From Lama guanicoe (Eukaryota): a stretch of 64,000 bases of DNA. Position 1 is the first letter of the stretch, and each line of letters begins with the position of its first letter. Positions 49,654-60,761 of the stretch are shown here, one piece after another. A program made the translations under genes and the position numbers. The notes beneath the pieces were generated by a model. That model made no database searches. It saw nothing but the letters and a program-made list of their open reading frames with translations, and was not told the origin of the DNA. The stretch is from assembly GCA_013239625.1 (NCBI GenBank), contig MU053448.1:1-64000 (forward strand), given 5' to 3'.

Positions 49654-50938
49654 ATGGCAGTCAGCCTGTTGAACTTGTCAGTCATCGATCCCCAGATAGC
49701 CAGCCAGACATACAGACCTCTTGGACAGGTCACCCTCAGAAAGAAGGCGGTAGGGCCATAGGTTTCCTTGAGACCCGTGGGATTCCACTGAAATCTTTTT
49801 TAAATTGCATTTTCTGTTTATATTTGGATACACTTCTTGTGAAATTATTGATTGATGAGAACGCTGGTGTGGGTTTACAAACACTGGTCTTGCTTTTACT
49901 TTCTTAAGGATTTATGTCCCCTAAAGCAATTTGTATATTCTAGAAGAAATGTGCCATAACAGAAGTAAATAAAGTAAGTCCCACTTAGGAGATAATGTAT
50001 TCATACATGGACCTTGGGCTTGGGCTAATTTGAGCTATTATCAGACACTGACCGATGAACAACAGCTATTTAGTGATTTCTTCCATGACCTTCTCTGAGT
50101 CTGCAGTGAGCTCCCTGCAGGCTTTCCAACAAGACCATTTTGCAGGGACACAACTGAGCGACTCAGCTCACTGAACCAAAATCCACATTTACAGAGCCGT
50201 TCTGTGCAGAGTATGCTCCAAACACACAGGCAGCAAAGAGGAGCAAGACACATCCCTGACTCGCAAAACTGCCCTGCAGCCCCAGGGTCATGACAGCCCA
50301 GGCAGGGGTGGGACCAGGGCTGACACCAGGTGCTCCGGGAAATGGAGGTGGGAGAGGTAGGGCAGGTGCGAGGATGCTCCCTACTGCACTGGGCAGGTGA
50401 GATGCCAGCTGGGTCTTATGGGGTAAGGGAGGCTAAGACTGTATGAGAAAAGGAGGGAGCCCGGGGGAAGGCAGTGCGTTTGCTGGGAGTTCTGGCTATG
50501 TTGGGGTGGGCAGTGGGGGGCAGGTGGGAAGCGGAAGTGAAAGGCTGTAGACTCAGCATCCTCAGACCTCAGAGACTCCCGTTTATATTAGGATTTGAGA
50601 AGTTCGCTGAGGACCCCAGGGCTAAGCAAATTCTTCACCTCTGTCCTTCTGCAGCATGAGGTCAGATAGCCACTGCCCAACATCCAGCAGCATCTTCAGC
50701 ACCAGGTTTTGTGCCTGATGGTAATGAGATGTACTTGATGGGCTGAGTGAAAAGAGCACTGAATTAAGAGTTAGGAGACCCAAACCAACTTTCCATCACT
50801 ATGGAAAACACCACTGCATCAACCGGGATTAAAAACCACACACGAGGCCACAGAGAGGGCCTAGTTTTTTCTCAAAGATGTCACGATCTAAAATAAGAAA
50901 CAAACGCCGTATCCAGAGAAGGAAAGTTAGAAGATGTT

Positions 50939-51075
50939 GAGGGGGGAGGTTGAGGGAGGAGTGTTAGAGCGCGTGCTTAGCATGCACGAGGTCCTGCGTT
51001 CAATCCTCAGTGCCCTAATTAAAATAAATATATAAATAAACAAACCTAATTACCTTCCCCATAAAATAAAAATAC
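50939..51075 (+). mobile_element. tRNA-derived SINE
   Basis: gtgcttagcatgcacgaggtcctgcgttcaatcc with tail. Confidence 0.8.
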
Positions 51076-51464
51076 ATATTAAAAGAGTTGCATATATTAA
51101 AAAAAAAAAAGAAAGGCGGGAGGAATCAGTGAGGGTTGTGTGGAAGAGATGTCACCGGATAGCACCCTACTTAGACACGGATGACAGCCTGTCCCTGTCT
51201 CCTGGGTCCTGGCAGAAGATACAGGATAATGAGGTCAGAGGTCAAGGGGCATGCATCGTGCTTGCATCCTTCGCCCCACATCCCAGTGGGTCGTGTGAGA
51301 GACGGGTACCACTCACACAATGGGCTGCATCACAGCTGAGGAACACTGAGCTCAGGGACCATTCCAGCAGGAGACATCACCTCCCTGAAAGTCTCCTGCT
51401 GCAAACGCAGCTCTGAGAAGGGCCCAGGGAAAGAGCGCTCAGGACTCAGAGTCTTGGCACACCC

Positions 51465-51810
51465 AGCATCTGAGCTCCTGTGGCTGCCACAACAAATGAC
51501 CATAAACTAGTGGCTTAAAACACCAGGTCTGGGGTCCAGAGGTCTTGAATGGAGGTGTTAGCAGGGCTGGTTTCTTCTGGAGGCTCCGTGGGAGAATCTG
51601 CTGCAGGCTCTCTGCCAGCTCCTGGTGGTTTCCTAGTGGCTTTCTCTGGCGTTGCTTGGCATGTCAATACGACCATCTTCAATGGCCTTCTCCTGTCTCT
51701 CTCAAATCTACCTCTCCTTTCTTGTCTCAGGACATTGGTCACTTGATTTAGAGCTCATCCTAAATCCGCGATGATCTCAGGGTGCTTAACTTAATTACAC
51801 CTCTGCAGAC
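51465..51810 (-). mobile_element. MaLR (MLT1-type) LTR fragment
   Basis: ggctgccacaacaaatgaccataaactagtggcttaaaaca...aggacattggtcacttgatttag. Confidence 0.75.
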
Positions 51811-53479
51811 CTGCCTATCTGCACCCTAGAGAGAAATCACTCACTGTCCTGCGATGTAAGCAGTTCTCTTCGGGAGAGAGAGAAAAGTGTCTCTAGGCAT
51901 ATGACCCTGGAATACAGGCTACCCTCCAGGGAAAGAGGGCTTTCCCTCCTGGACCCGCTCTGTCTTTTGCTTGCTGTTCAGTGGTCCTTGGAAAGCCAGC
52001 CAGTGCCTCTGCCCTGAGGCAGAGGGATGTCACGCAGGAACAGGAGACGATTAGGAGCACTGTCTCCCCAAAAGGGGTGGAGTGATGACGAGGAGCAAGA
52101 GCTTTACAGGGTCGCGGCGAGAGAGGTGACCAGCCCTTCTGTGTGTGGAAATCACCGTCAGCACCCTGGTGTTTAATCTGAGCAAAAAGGGAACCACAGG
52201 AGGGTTCTGAGCAGAACTTCGTGACCTGATCTCAAGTGCAAAGGCATCAGACCAGCTTCTGTCTGAGAACAGGCTTCAGGGAAGCAAGGTGGGAGCAGGT
52301 GGCAGCCAAGGAGGTAAAGGGAGGCGGTGAGAGTCCAGGTATATACTGAACATAGGACTGGGAGGACCTGACAACCACTTACAGGAGAGAAAAGAGTCAA
52401 AGGGGAGTGGCTCCTGGGTTGGATGGGAGGACGTGGAGCGAGGAGCTGGCATGAACTTCTTTCCCATCTCAGTGGAGTCAGTTCCAGGAGGAAGAGCAGG
52501 ACTTCAGTTTGCGGACTATTACATTTGAGATGCTCAAGTGGAAAGGCTGAGATTTGGACTTCAGTGGCCTATATTTGAGCCGGAAATCAAGAATTTGGAG
52601 TTGTGGATGTTTAGCAGGGATTCACACCCACGGTTGGATCGATCCCTTGGGGGGCTGTTTGAAGAGACAGGAGCACAGAGCCGTCAGTCAGGGATTCAGA
52701 CAGCAAACAGCTGGGGACAGGCAGGGGTGGCCGGCTGGGCAGGGAGGACGGGAGGGTGGGGTCCAGACCCCCACATCAACCCAGCGCTCAGAGTAGGAGA
52801 GAATCAGACGCTGCTGCCTGGTGAGGGTGACAGGCTGGGGCTCAGCAGCATAGAGGACACTTGAGAAGACAGGGGGACATTCCACAGAGTCAGCTAAACT
52901 TCTGAGGAAGCAGAAAAGGGGCAGCGCAGTGCCCAGAGCAGGAAGTGGGGTCCCAGATGCTGCGGGAGGCAGGGTTCAGTGCGAGCTGCTTCTCTGGGAG
53001 GTGCGGCAGCCAGTGAGCCCGGGAAGGGGTGGCAGCCAGTCAAGGGTATGAGCTCACTGAGTATGCCAGCTCCACTGAGCTTCACTGGCAACTGAAGTTC
53101 AGTTCTCCTGGGAAGGTTGTGGGACCGCGTGAAAATGCACATCTCAGTTCTCCTGCCCGAGGGGCAGTTAGGTATCTAGACACCCCCCCCCACCATGCTT
53201 AAATGTCCCTGGGCAGAAGGGGGATGTCATTCCACTTCTGGTCACCAAGCATGTGGGCAGGTGGAAGCGGGAAGGCCGATCCTCACTCAGAACAGGGCAT
53301 GACTGTGCTGGACGTGGGACCCAGGGGACCAGAGCAGTGCGGGCAGGAGCTAAGTGGATCACACACAAACACCCAAGCGCGAACGGTCTGAGCAAGTGAA
53401 AGAAGGCAGGGTGGCGAGAGCACTGGGCCCCCAGACAGCCAGTCCTCCATCAGGCTTCTCATGCTTTTATCAAACATAC

Positions 53480-54650
53480 TTAATGTGTATCCAAGGAAAG
53501 ACACACATTTATGTTCATATAAAATATTTTTAATGGAAGTTAAATCATACACTTTCTTTTTTTTCCTTCATTTTACAATGTGATCTGGAGATTCGTCCAC
53601 ACCAGTGCATAGAGGTGTTCTCAAACCCCTTTTTAAACAGCTGTGTAATATTCTATCACAGCATTTATTTAACCAGGATCCCACAGAAAGCACTTGAAAT
53701 GTTTCCAATCCTGGGGGAGGGTATAGCTCAAGTGGTAGAGCACGTGCTTGGAGTGCACGAGGTCCTGAGTTCAATTCCCAGTGCCTCCTCTAAAAATAAG
53801 TAAATAAACCTAATTACCTCCCTCCAAAAAAAAATCATTAAAGAAAAAGTTTCCAGCCTTGTGCTATGCAGTGAATAACATGGTGTAACAGGCACTGGGG
53901 GATTCTGTGAGTACACATGTAAGATAAATACTGAGAAATGAAATTTCTGGCTCAAAGAACATGTACACTTTATATTTTAATAGTGATTGTTAAAGTGCTC
54001 TCCATAGAGGTTGTCTGAATTTACACACCCGCTGGCCCTCTATGAGAACACCTGTTTTCTCACATCTTAGCCAACACTGTGTCATTAAACTTTATGATCT
54101 TTGCTAATATAAGTGACGGCATCTAACTCGGTATAATTCTGATTTTCATGGTTTTTATTACACGTGAGATAGGACATCTCTGCACATTTTTTAGACCGGG
54201 GCCTTCATTGCAATCAAGAATGCAATTCACAGAAGCTTTGTACATCTCAGAAAATCAGCCTTTTGTTTGATCTCAGATGTAAATTTTTTTCGAGTTTGTC
54301 ACTAATTTTCTGACATGCTTATGGTGATTTTGGAGGGACTGAAATTTTTTTTGCATTAACACTTATCAGTGTTTGGGGGCTTCTGATTCACCTTTCCATA
54401 GTTAACAAGGAATGCTGCAGTCCAGAATTATAAAGAAATTTTCCCATAATTTCTTCTAAGACTTTCCTGGCTTAATATTTTACATTGAAATCTTGGATGC
54501 ATTTGGAATTTAGCCTGCTATAATGTACATAGCTCAAACTTCTTTTTTCCTAAATGGCTACTTAATTATCTCAATAATCTATGTTGAATAAACCATTTTT
54601 CCGCCCACCGATTCAAAATGCAACTGTTATCAAAGACTACGGCCACTAGA
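53480..54650 (-). mobile_element. Old L1M fragment (contains a SINE)
   Basis: AT-rich decayed antisense L1 ORF2/3' sequence. Confidence 0.6.
53713..53845 (+). mobile_element. tRNA-derived SINE
   Basis: Same head and tail. Confidence 0.85.
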
Positions 54651-54979
54651 TTTTAAGCAGGAGAACGTATAATTAAATTTACTTCCATTGATTTCTGTCT
54701 TCGATAGAGCTTTTGATATTATCATTTCAACTGTGTAGAATTCTGTTTTATTCTGAGGACAATCCCTGAAAAAAATCAATCTTCTTTTCTATGTCTATTG
54801 TAAAAATCCAGATTCACAGTCATGTATGTGGCAATCCTATGATAAATGTAACTCTACTGCCCCAATTTATAGATTGAAAAACTGGAGCAGTGAGAAATTA
54901 AGAAACTTGCTCAAGGTCACACTAGGAAGTGACTGAGTCCAAGCTATGAACCATTATGATACAGGCCTGCTTGTTTGTT

Positions 54980-55150
54980 GTTTTTTTTAATGGTTATACT
55001 TTATTTTTATTTATTTTTCTTTTTTTCATGTATTTTTATTTTTATTTATTATTTTTCTCTCCCCCTAACGGGGGCACTGGGGACTGAACCCATGACCTTA
55101 TGCACACCAAGCACGCATTCTTCCACTGAGCTATAACTGCCACTCACCTC
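54980..55150 (-). mobile_element. tRNA-derived SINE
   Basis: Reverse-complement head with T-rich tail; flanked by aggcctgctt / aggtctgctt. Confidence 0.75.
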
Positions 55151-56499
55151 AGGTCTGCTTGATTTAAAGAAACATCAAATGATGCTGTGCTGATTGCAAT
55201 TGTTACTAGGCTCTGTCAAGTGGGGATAACAGTTACCTCTACTGCAGGGCTAGCCTGCAGATTAGTGACCCAGTTTATGTGCACATCAGGCACCCAGGCA
55301 GTGATAGCTATTTGTATTAATTTAATGATTTAGGGTCCCTTTTTCCTAGAGACATACATGTCCTTACCACCAAACACGGAGACCTCCAGCTAGGATCCCA
55401 AACTAACAGCCATTTTTTCTGAGCCTCCTTCTCATCTGCAAGATGGGTGCGGTAAGAAGACCAACTTCCAAATATTGACTTACAGATTGAATGAGATAAA
55501 ATCCGTAAAGAGCCTGGCCCAGGGCGCTCTGCCTTGCAACCTTACGAATGCAACCCTCTGTGGCTGGATCTCTTCCCACTCTGTCCTCAACATTAGCAGC
55601 CCTGCTCTTCATTCTGTCCAAAATGGGGAGCTCAGAATTGCCAGCAGCTCAGCCTCAAACCTAATCGCTGAAAAATTCTCATCTGAATCATGTACTGCAG
55701 CCCCACTGTCAGGGTTTCAGATGGGATGGGCAGCGAGGGCGCTGGCCTCAGGGTGGGACCCAGAAGACCCATGTTCTAACTGACACTGGTTTCTCTTTGC
55801 TTAAGAAGGAAATATGCCTCTCCCTTCTGCCGTTGGCCCCTCTACCACTGCTTTCCCCCTCCTGGTCTCCGGAGTGCAATGACTTAGTATTTTTGGCTTT
55901 GAGGTTGCTTTACATCCTAAATGACACTTTCAGCCTCCTCTGCCACCAGCAGCCCCTGGGCCTCCTGCCTCGCTCTTTCCATCCAGATCAGCTCCAACTT
56001 GCCCCTGAGAGTTTGCGCCCCCAGTGGAGCTGCCTGCCTGGTCCCCATGAAGCTGGAGAATCTCTAGCTTCTCTGCAATCCCTAGTTTCTGCTGGTTGAG
56101 CCGCTTCTTGTGCAGACTTCACACATTTGAAAAATTAAGTCACTGCCAGCAAGCACTATTGTTGTCAAGAAAGGCCAGTTTCATTCTCCTTCTACTAACA
56201 TTTAAAGGGCAAATGACTTGTCTCAGAACCGATTCTGAACGCAAGGGCTCGCAGCTAATCATGGGCTAACATTGATCACGCGCACAAGGTAGGCGCTGAA
56301 GCTAAAGCTTTACAGTCTCTTTTTCCCTGAATTCTCACAGTAACCAGATGAGAGATGTGGGCCTGGCTGGGCAGGTGGCAGGTGGAGGCTTTGGTGGTCC
56401 ACGCTCATCCCAGACACAGGACAGCCTTCCCACAGCCTCGGGAGACACTGTGTTGGGAAGGGACGGCTGGGAGTCCGCCTAGATAAACCTGACATTGTC

Positions 56500-58050
56500 A
56501 GACACCATCAGGAGAAAGACTATGTCTGAGGGAGGTTCACTGAGCAAGATCAGGGTTTTGGAGCATCGAATGTTAATCCACTCATCTTTTTGTCCGCCTG
56601 GGGTTCTAAAGGGCTATCTGGATGGGTAGCCCATCTCTGTCCCGTGGAAGATGTGTGTGGCTCACTAAGTGTCTACCTGTCTAGATGGGGTCTGTCTGGC
56701 TGCTGTCTTTCTGGCTGGGATCTGCGTGTCTGTCCAGCCATGAGTTTGTCTGAGAATCTTACCAAGCTGAGAGTCGGTCCGTCTGGAGTTTATTCTTCCA
56801 GCTGAGTCTACTTGGAGGTTCACCAGTCTGTCAGTTTGAGGTCAGGCCATCTGACTGTGAGGCTAGAGGGCTGTCTTGCTGGCCTCAGATTTGTCTACCA
56901 GGCTGGCAGTCTGTGTGAATCTGCTGTCCAGCTCAAGGGCTTGGGGCTTGTCTGGCTAGGAGCCTGGGTGAACAGCTAGGGGAATGACTTGTTGGGAGCT
57001 CATTCATCTATCCAGATGGGGGTCCAGCCATTCATCTGGTTTGGGGGTCTGTTCATCCAGCTTGGGGTCTAGCCGGCCAGTTGGCTTGGGGTCCATCTAT
57101 TTCTATGGCTGAGGATAGTGTCTCACTGTGGCCAGGAATCTATCTGACTAGGGGTCCACCCAAAAGTGGGGTCCTATGTAGCTGAGGACTGGGAGCCCAT
57201 CTGGCTGGAGGAGAGTCCCATCTATCTGAAGGATCTGCAGTATATGTCCAACCAGCAGATGGGCTGGGTGGTGGGGGATCTGACTGGCTTATGATGTTTC
57301 TCTATCTAAGGGTCCATCTGCCTATCTGATCAGTTGATCACCTGGGGAGGGGGTCCGCCTGGCTGTCTTCCCAGCAGGAGACAAATCAATTTGTCTGCCA
57401 AACTGTGGGTTCTGTGTACTTGGTGAGTTGGTGGGGGTCTGTCTACCTGTCTGCCTAGCTGGAAAAGTCTGGCTGGTTAGGCGGGTCTGTGTGGCCGGTG
57501 TCTGCCTGGCTGGAAGTCCATTCTGCTAGCTGGGAGTCTGTGTGACTAGAAGGTCTGTCAGTCGGTCTGCCCACGTTGGGGTGGGTCTGTGGATCTGGGA
57601 GCTCTAGCTGAGAAGACATCTCTATCTGTCTAGCCAGAGATCTGTTTCTGTCTGTCAGAGACGCTGTTCAGCCAGGGGTCTATCTGGCTAGTGTCTTCTG
57701 GCGGCCTAGCTGGGGGAGGGAGTCTGTCTTTCGGGTGGTGTCTTTTGCTCGGGGGGGGGTGTCTGTTAGGCTGTTGGGTGGCCTGTCTCTCTGGCTGGAG
57801 GTCCACCCATCCAGCTGTGCCTGTCCCTCTGCAGGTCTGACTGTCTGGGGTATGGCTACCTCCCTGTCCAGGTTGGGGGTCCATCTGTCTGCCTGCCCAT
57901 CTGGGGAGTTTCTACCTGTCTGTCTGAAATAAGCCTGCTTGGTGGTTGTTATGCCTGGCCTCCATCAGTCTGAATGGTGGATTTGGGGTGGGGCCCATCT
58001 ATTTCTCTGTGTCATCGGATGAGTCTCTGAGCAAGGGAGACTCAAATACT
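56500..58050. repeat. Degenerate low-complexity repeat tract (TCTGTC / CTGGCT / GGGGTC motifs)
   Basis: Dozens of imperfect tctgtctggctg, ccatctatct and ggggtc units over about 1.5 kb downstream of the PTPN18 stop. Confidence 0.6.
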
Positions 58051-58280
58051 GACACGAACCAGTCCTTTAAGTGCTGATGGGGACAGCCTCCAGAAGCCTG
58101 TCTGCCCATCCGCCCCTTCACAACTGGAAGCTCTGCCCCAGACCCTTGGAGTTGAGTTCATTCTTGAATCTTCTCAGAGTAACTTCACCAGCCACTACCC
58201 ACCAACTACCTGCCCAAGCCTCAGGCCTTGAATGCTACAATCACGGGGGCAAAACCCCTCATCTCCCACACTGAGAAACC

Positions 58281-58286
58281 TTTATT
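58281..58286 (-). terminator. Candidate proximal polyadenylation signal of PTPN18
   Basis: AATAAA about 95 nt after the stop codon, followed by GU-rich sequence. Confidence 0.55.
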
Positions 58287-58381
58287 TTGATCCGGCCCTC
58301 ATTCCCAGTGCCAACACTTCACAGAGCGGAGCAGGGCCCTCAGCTCCCACGTGGAGCAACAGGCAGGCAGCAGCGCAGCAC

Positions 58382-58449
58382 TCACACCCGGGTCCACTCG
58401 GCAGGGGGGTCCCGGGGTCCTTTAGGCCTCCCAATGCGCATGTTGAACC
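58382..58449 (-). CDS. PTPN18: PTPN18 last coding exon, C-terminal homology (CTH) motif and stop
   Basis: 68 nt, (G)FNMRIGRPKGPRDPPAEWTRV-TGA; CTH motif typical of PEST-family PTPs. Confidence 0.96.
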
Positions 58450-58673
58450 CTGGAAGAGGAAGGGCACCGTCGGTCTCACGGAGAAGCTGAGGTGTGGAGA
58501 GGCAGGCCACTGGTGGAAAGTCATCTCCAAATCTCCAGGTCCTCCTGGTTTACTGCGGCCGCATCCACAGGACCCTGCGGTTGTGAGTTCCCTGCCACCA
58601 TCCCTAAACCCCAAACGCCTGGGACTCAGTCAAAGCTGCAGAGAGCCCGAGCGCCCCGGGCGGTCTGACTTAC

Positions 58674-58748
58674 CTAGCCCACCGCTCTGGGCTCCGTCCA
58701 CCACGTCCTCGTAGGCGCCGGGCCCCGCTGCGCTCTGCTCAGCCGGCA
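58674..58748 (-). CDS. PTPN18: PTPN18 coding exon (probably 14)
   Basis: 75 nt, (V)PAEQSAAGPGAYEDVVDGAQSGGL; donor GTAAGT. Confidence 0.93.
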   Translation of the reverse strand, partial: CRLSRAQRGPAPTRTWWTEPRAVG

Positions 58749-59200
58749 CTGCGGGCAGAACACCGCCCGCACCGAGTCAACTCCGGCCGCCCCGAGGAGT
58801 TCCGGAAACCCACCCAGGGCAAAGCCGCATCCTCCCCAGCCCGAGAAGGCGGCCTAGGCGAAGAGGACCGGGGCCCTGCCAGAGAGGCATGGCCAAGACA
58901 GAGACCTCGACCCGGACGAGGTGGCCTGGCCAGAGAAACGTCACGGCCTCGGGGCCGCGGCTGGGCCCGGGACGCTTCCGGGCGTGACCGGGGGACCGGC
59001 GAGAGCCGCAGAGGCGTGGCCGGGGAAGCCCGCACGTCAGCGTCCGGGGCGCCGCTGGGCCGGGCTTGCGGGCGTGGTTGGTGGGGGGGGGGTCCTCGTG
59101 GCCGCCGGGGCCCTCCAGGCCGCAGCCAGCGGGGAATCGGGAGAAGGAACAAGTAGGGGGCGGCCCTCCCCAGCCCCGCGCCCCTGTCGCCTGGACTCAC

Positions 59201-59409
59201 CGCGGCCGGGCAGCGCCCCGCGCGTGTCCTCCGCGTGCGACTGGGGCCGCCGGGCGCGCGGCATCACCTGGCTGTAGACCGGCGCCTCCAACGCGCTGCG
59301 CGCCCGCGCGCCCGCCGTCTCCCCGGTACCCGCGGGGGCCGGGCGCTTCTGCACCACCGCGTATGTGTCGTTCATGGCGAGGGCCGGGGGCCCGGGCACC
59401 GAGATGCTC
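59201..59409 (-). CDS. PTPN18: PTPN18 coding exon (probably 13), PEST region
   Basis: 209 nt, (R)SISVPGPPALAMNDTYAVVQKRPAPAGTGETAGARARSALEAPVYSQVMPRARRPQSHAEDTRGALPGR; donor GTGAGT. Confidence 0.93.
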
Positions 59410-60074
59410 CTGCGGGAGGGGAGGGCGGGAGGAAGTGAAACGGCGGCGCCGAGGAAGGGAGGGGGCAGCGCGCTCAGCGCACAAACCACTGGCTTCCTTC
59501 CCGCCCAGGCGGCGCGCAGTTAGGGAGGGAGGAGGCGGAGGCTGTTGGATCTCTGGGGAAGGGGGTCTCATTTCTGTGTCCCTATCGCCTGGCAGGTTGC
59601 GTGGATGGAGGGAAGCCTGGCAGGTGAATGGGGCGGGTGCTGGAAGTGAGGGGTGGTCATCTCCGTGTAATTCTTTGTTGAATAAATGAATGAGGAAGTG
59701 ACATCTAAAGGGAAGGAAGGGAGAGCCTCAAAATGGAGAACTAGTCTCAAGGACCGAGGGCTGAAGGCTCCGCTGCACCCGACAGGAGGCCTGACAGGTG
59801 GGCAGCATCAAGAAATACCTGCTGAATTAATGACGGGGGAGCGGGGAAAGGGTTAACATCGCCCTGTAGGGCTCGCCTTAGAGGCTGAGACGATGGGATC
59901 GCTGGGATTAAGGAGTCAGCCAGCGGAGGGTTCCAGAGCTCCATTCAGAGAAAGGGCCAGTGAATATTTGAAGTGAACGGCAAGGAAGGGGCTGGTGTTT
60001 CCAGCGTGAGAAAAGGGTTCGCCTCCAGGCGAGAGAAATCGGAAAGGGAAGAATGCGGGGATGGAGCTGGGTAC

Positions 60075-60163
60075 CTGAGGACGCCGCCGGACGGGCGGGC
60101 TATGGCAGCGAGGGCCTGGGACGTCCGGACGGAGAGGGCGTCGTCGTAGAGCCGGGCACAGTT
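60075..60163 (-). CDS. PTPN18: PTPN18 coding exon (probably 12)
   Basis: 89 nt, NCARLYDDALSVRTSQALAAIARPSGGVL + AG; ccag|...|gtacc. Confidence 0.93.
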
Positions 60164-60425
60164 CTGGAGGAAGACCGGAGGGCAAGCACGTGAGGCTTGG
60201 GAGGAAGCTGTCCGGGCTCCTGACGGAGGTCACCGTGGGCCACTGTGGGGGAAGCTTAAGAGGGGACAGTCTGGTAAGGGAGCAACGAGGAGGACAAAGG
60301 TAGGGATCACAATGTGTCAGTCCCGCTCCCGGGAGAGGTCCAGGGGCTGGACCCTGCGAAGGCGGCGGTCATAGACCTCTTCTCTGGGTCCCGGTCTCTG
60401 AGGGTTGGAAAGGGGGCCATGGTAC

Positions 60426-60515
60426 CTCCTTGAGGTTCTGGTAGTGAGGGCTGGCATTTTGGAGCGCTGAGAGGAACATCTGAGCCACCGTGTGGTACAG
60501 GAACCTGTACTGCTC
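60426..60515 (-). CDS. PTPN18: PTPN18 coding exon (probably 11)
   Basis: 90 nt, EQYRFLYHTVAQMFLSALQNASPHYQNLKE. Confidence 0.95.
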
Positions 60516-60601
60516 CTGGGGGACAGAGAGGGGAGGGGTCATCGGGAAGGGCAGACAAGGAGGAGGGACATGTCTTTGGAAGGAGGAGTTCAGGCTCCCA
60601 C

Positions 60602-60679
60602 CTCAGTCTGTACCGCTGAAGGCCGCTGCCTCCGAATCTCGAGGACCACATTGAAGAGGCTGAAGTTAGGTGGGATCAT
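60602..60679 (-). CDS. PTPN18: PTPN18 coding exon (probably 10)
   Basis: 78 nt, MIPPNFSLFNVVLEIRRQRPSAVQTE (RxQR...VQT, Q-loop). Confidence 0.95.
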
Positions 60680-60761
60680 CTAGGACAGAGAGACAAGTGA
60701 GCAGGACCTCGTGGGCAGAGGACCCGGACTGCACATGTGCACATGGACGCCCTCTTCCTAC

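Larger units (their letters stand above)
8378..56190 (-). pseudogene. Putative decayed multi-exon gene encoding an RGS22/RGSL1-like multi-RGS-domain protein
   Basis: More than 20 colinear minus-strand AG...GT segments in non-repeat DNA, many phase-compatible; hand translation gives RGS-like motifs (GLKETYGPTAFFLRVTCPRGLYVWLAI, APQQCGVSSST, AQNLVLKML, FNYFKNYLK...LEVQEL, LLFQAQED); stops, frameshifts and LTR insertions present; 5' limit uncertain. Confidence 0.55.
58360..60260. promoter_or_regulatory. Intragenic 3' CpG island over the last four PTPN18 exons
   Basis: Very GC- and CpG-rich, especially 58640-59530, with a less CpG-rich stretch at about 59560-60050; GGAAGTG ETS-type sites near 59430, 59642 and 59694. 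Confidence 0.8.

Noticed and set aside
3535..55150. About 15 tRNA-like sequences with A and B boxes
   Set aside because: They are diverged, carry A-rich tails and often TSDs, so they are SINEs rather than tRNA genes.
6000..56000. Expected neighbours of PTPN18 (PRSS39/PRSS40-type proteases, CFC1)
   Set aside because: I saw no TAAHC or GDSGG protease motifs and no EGF-CFC cysteine pattern.
58232..59689. Long overlapping ORFs such as 59066-59689 (+) and 58739-59200 (-)
   Set aside because: Expected in a GC-rich CpG island; low complexity and no recognisable domain.
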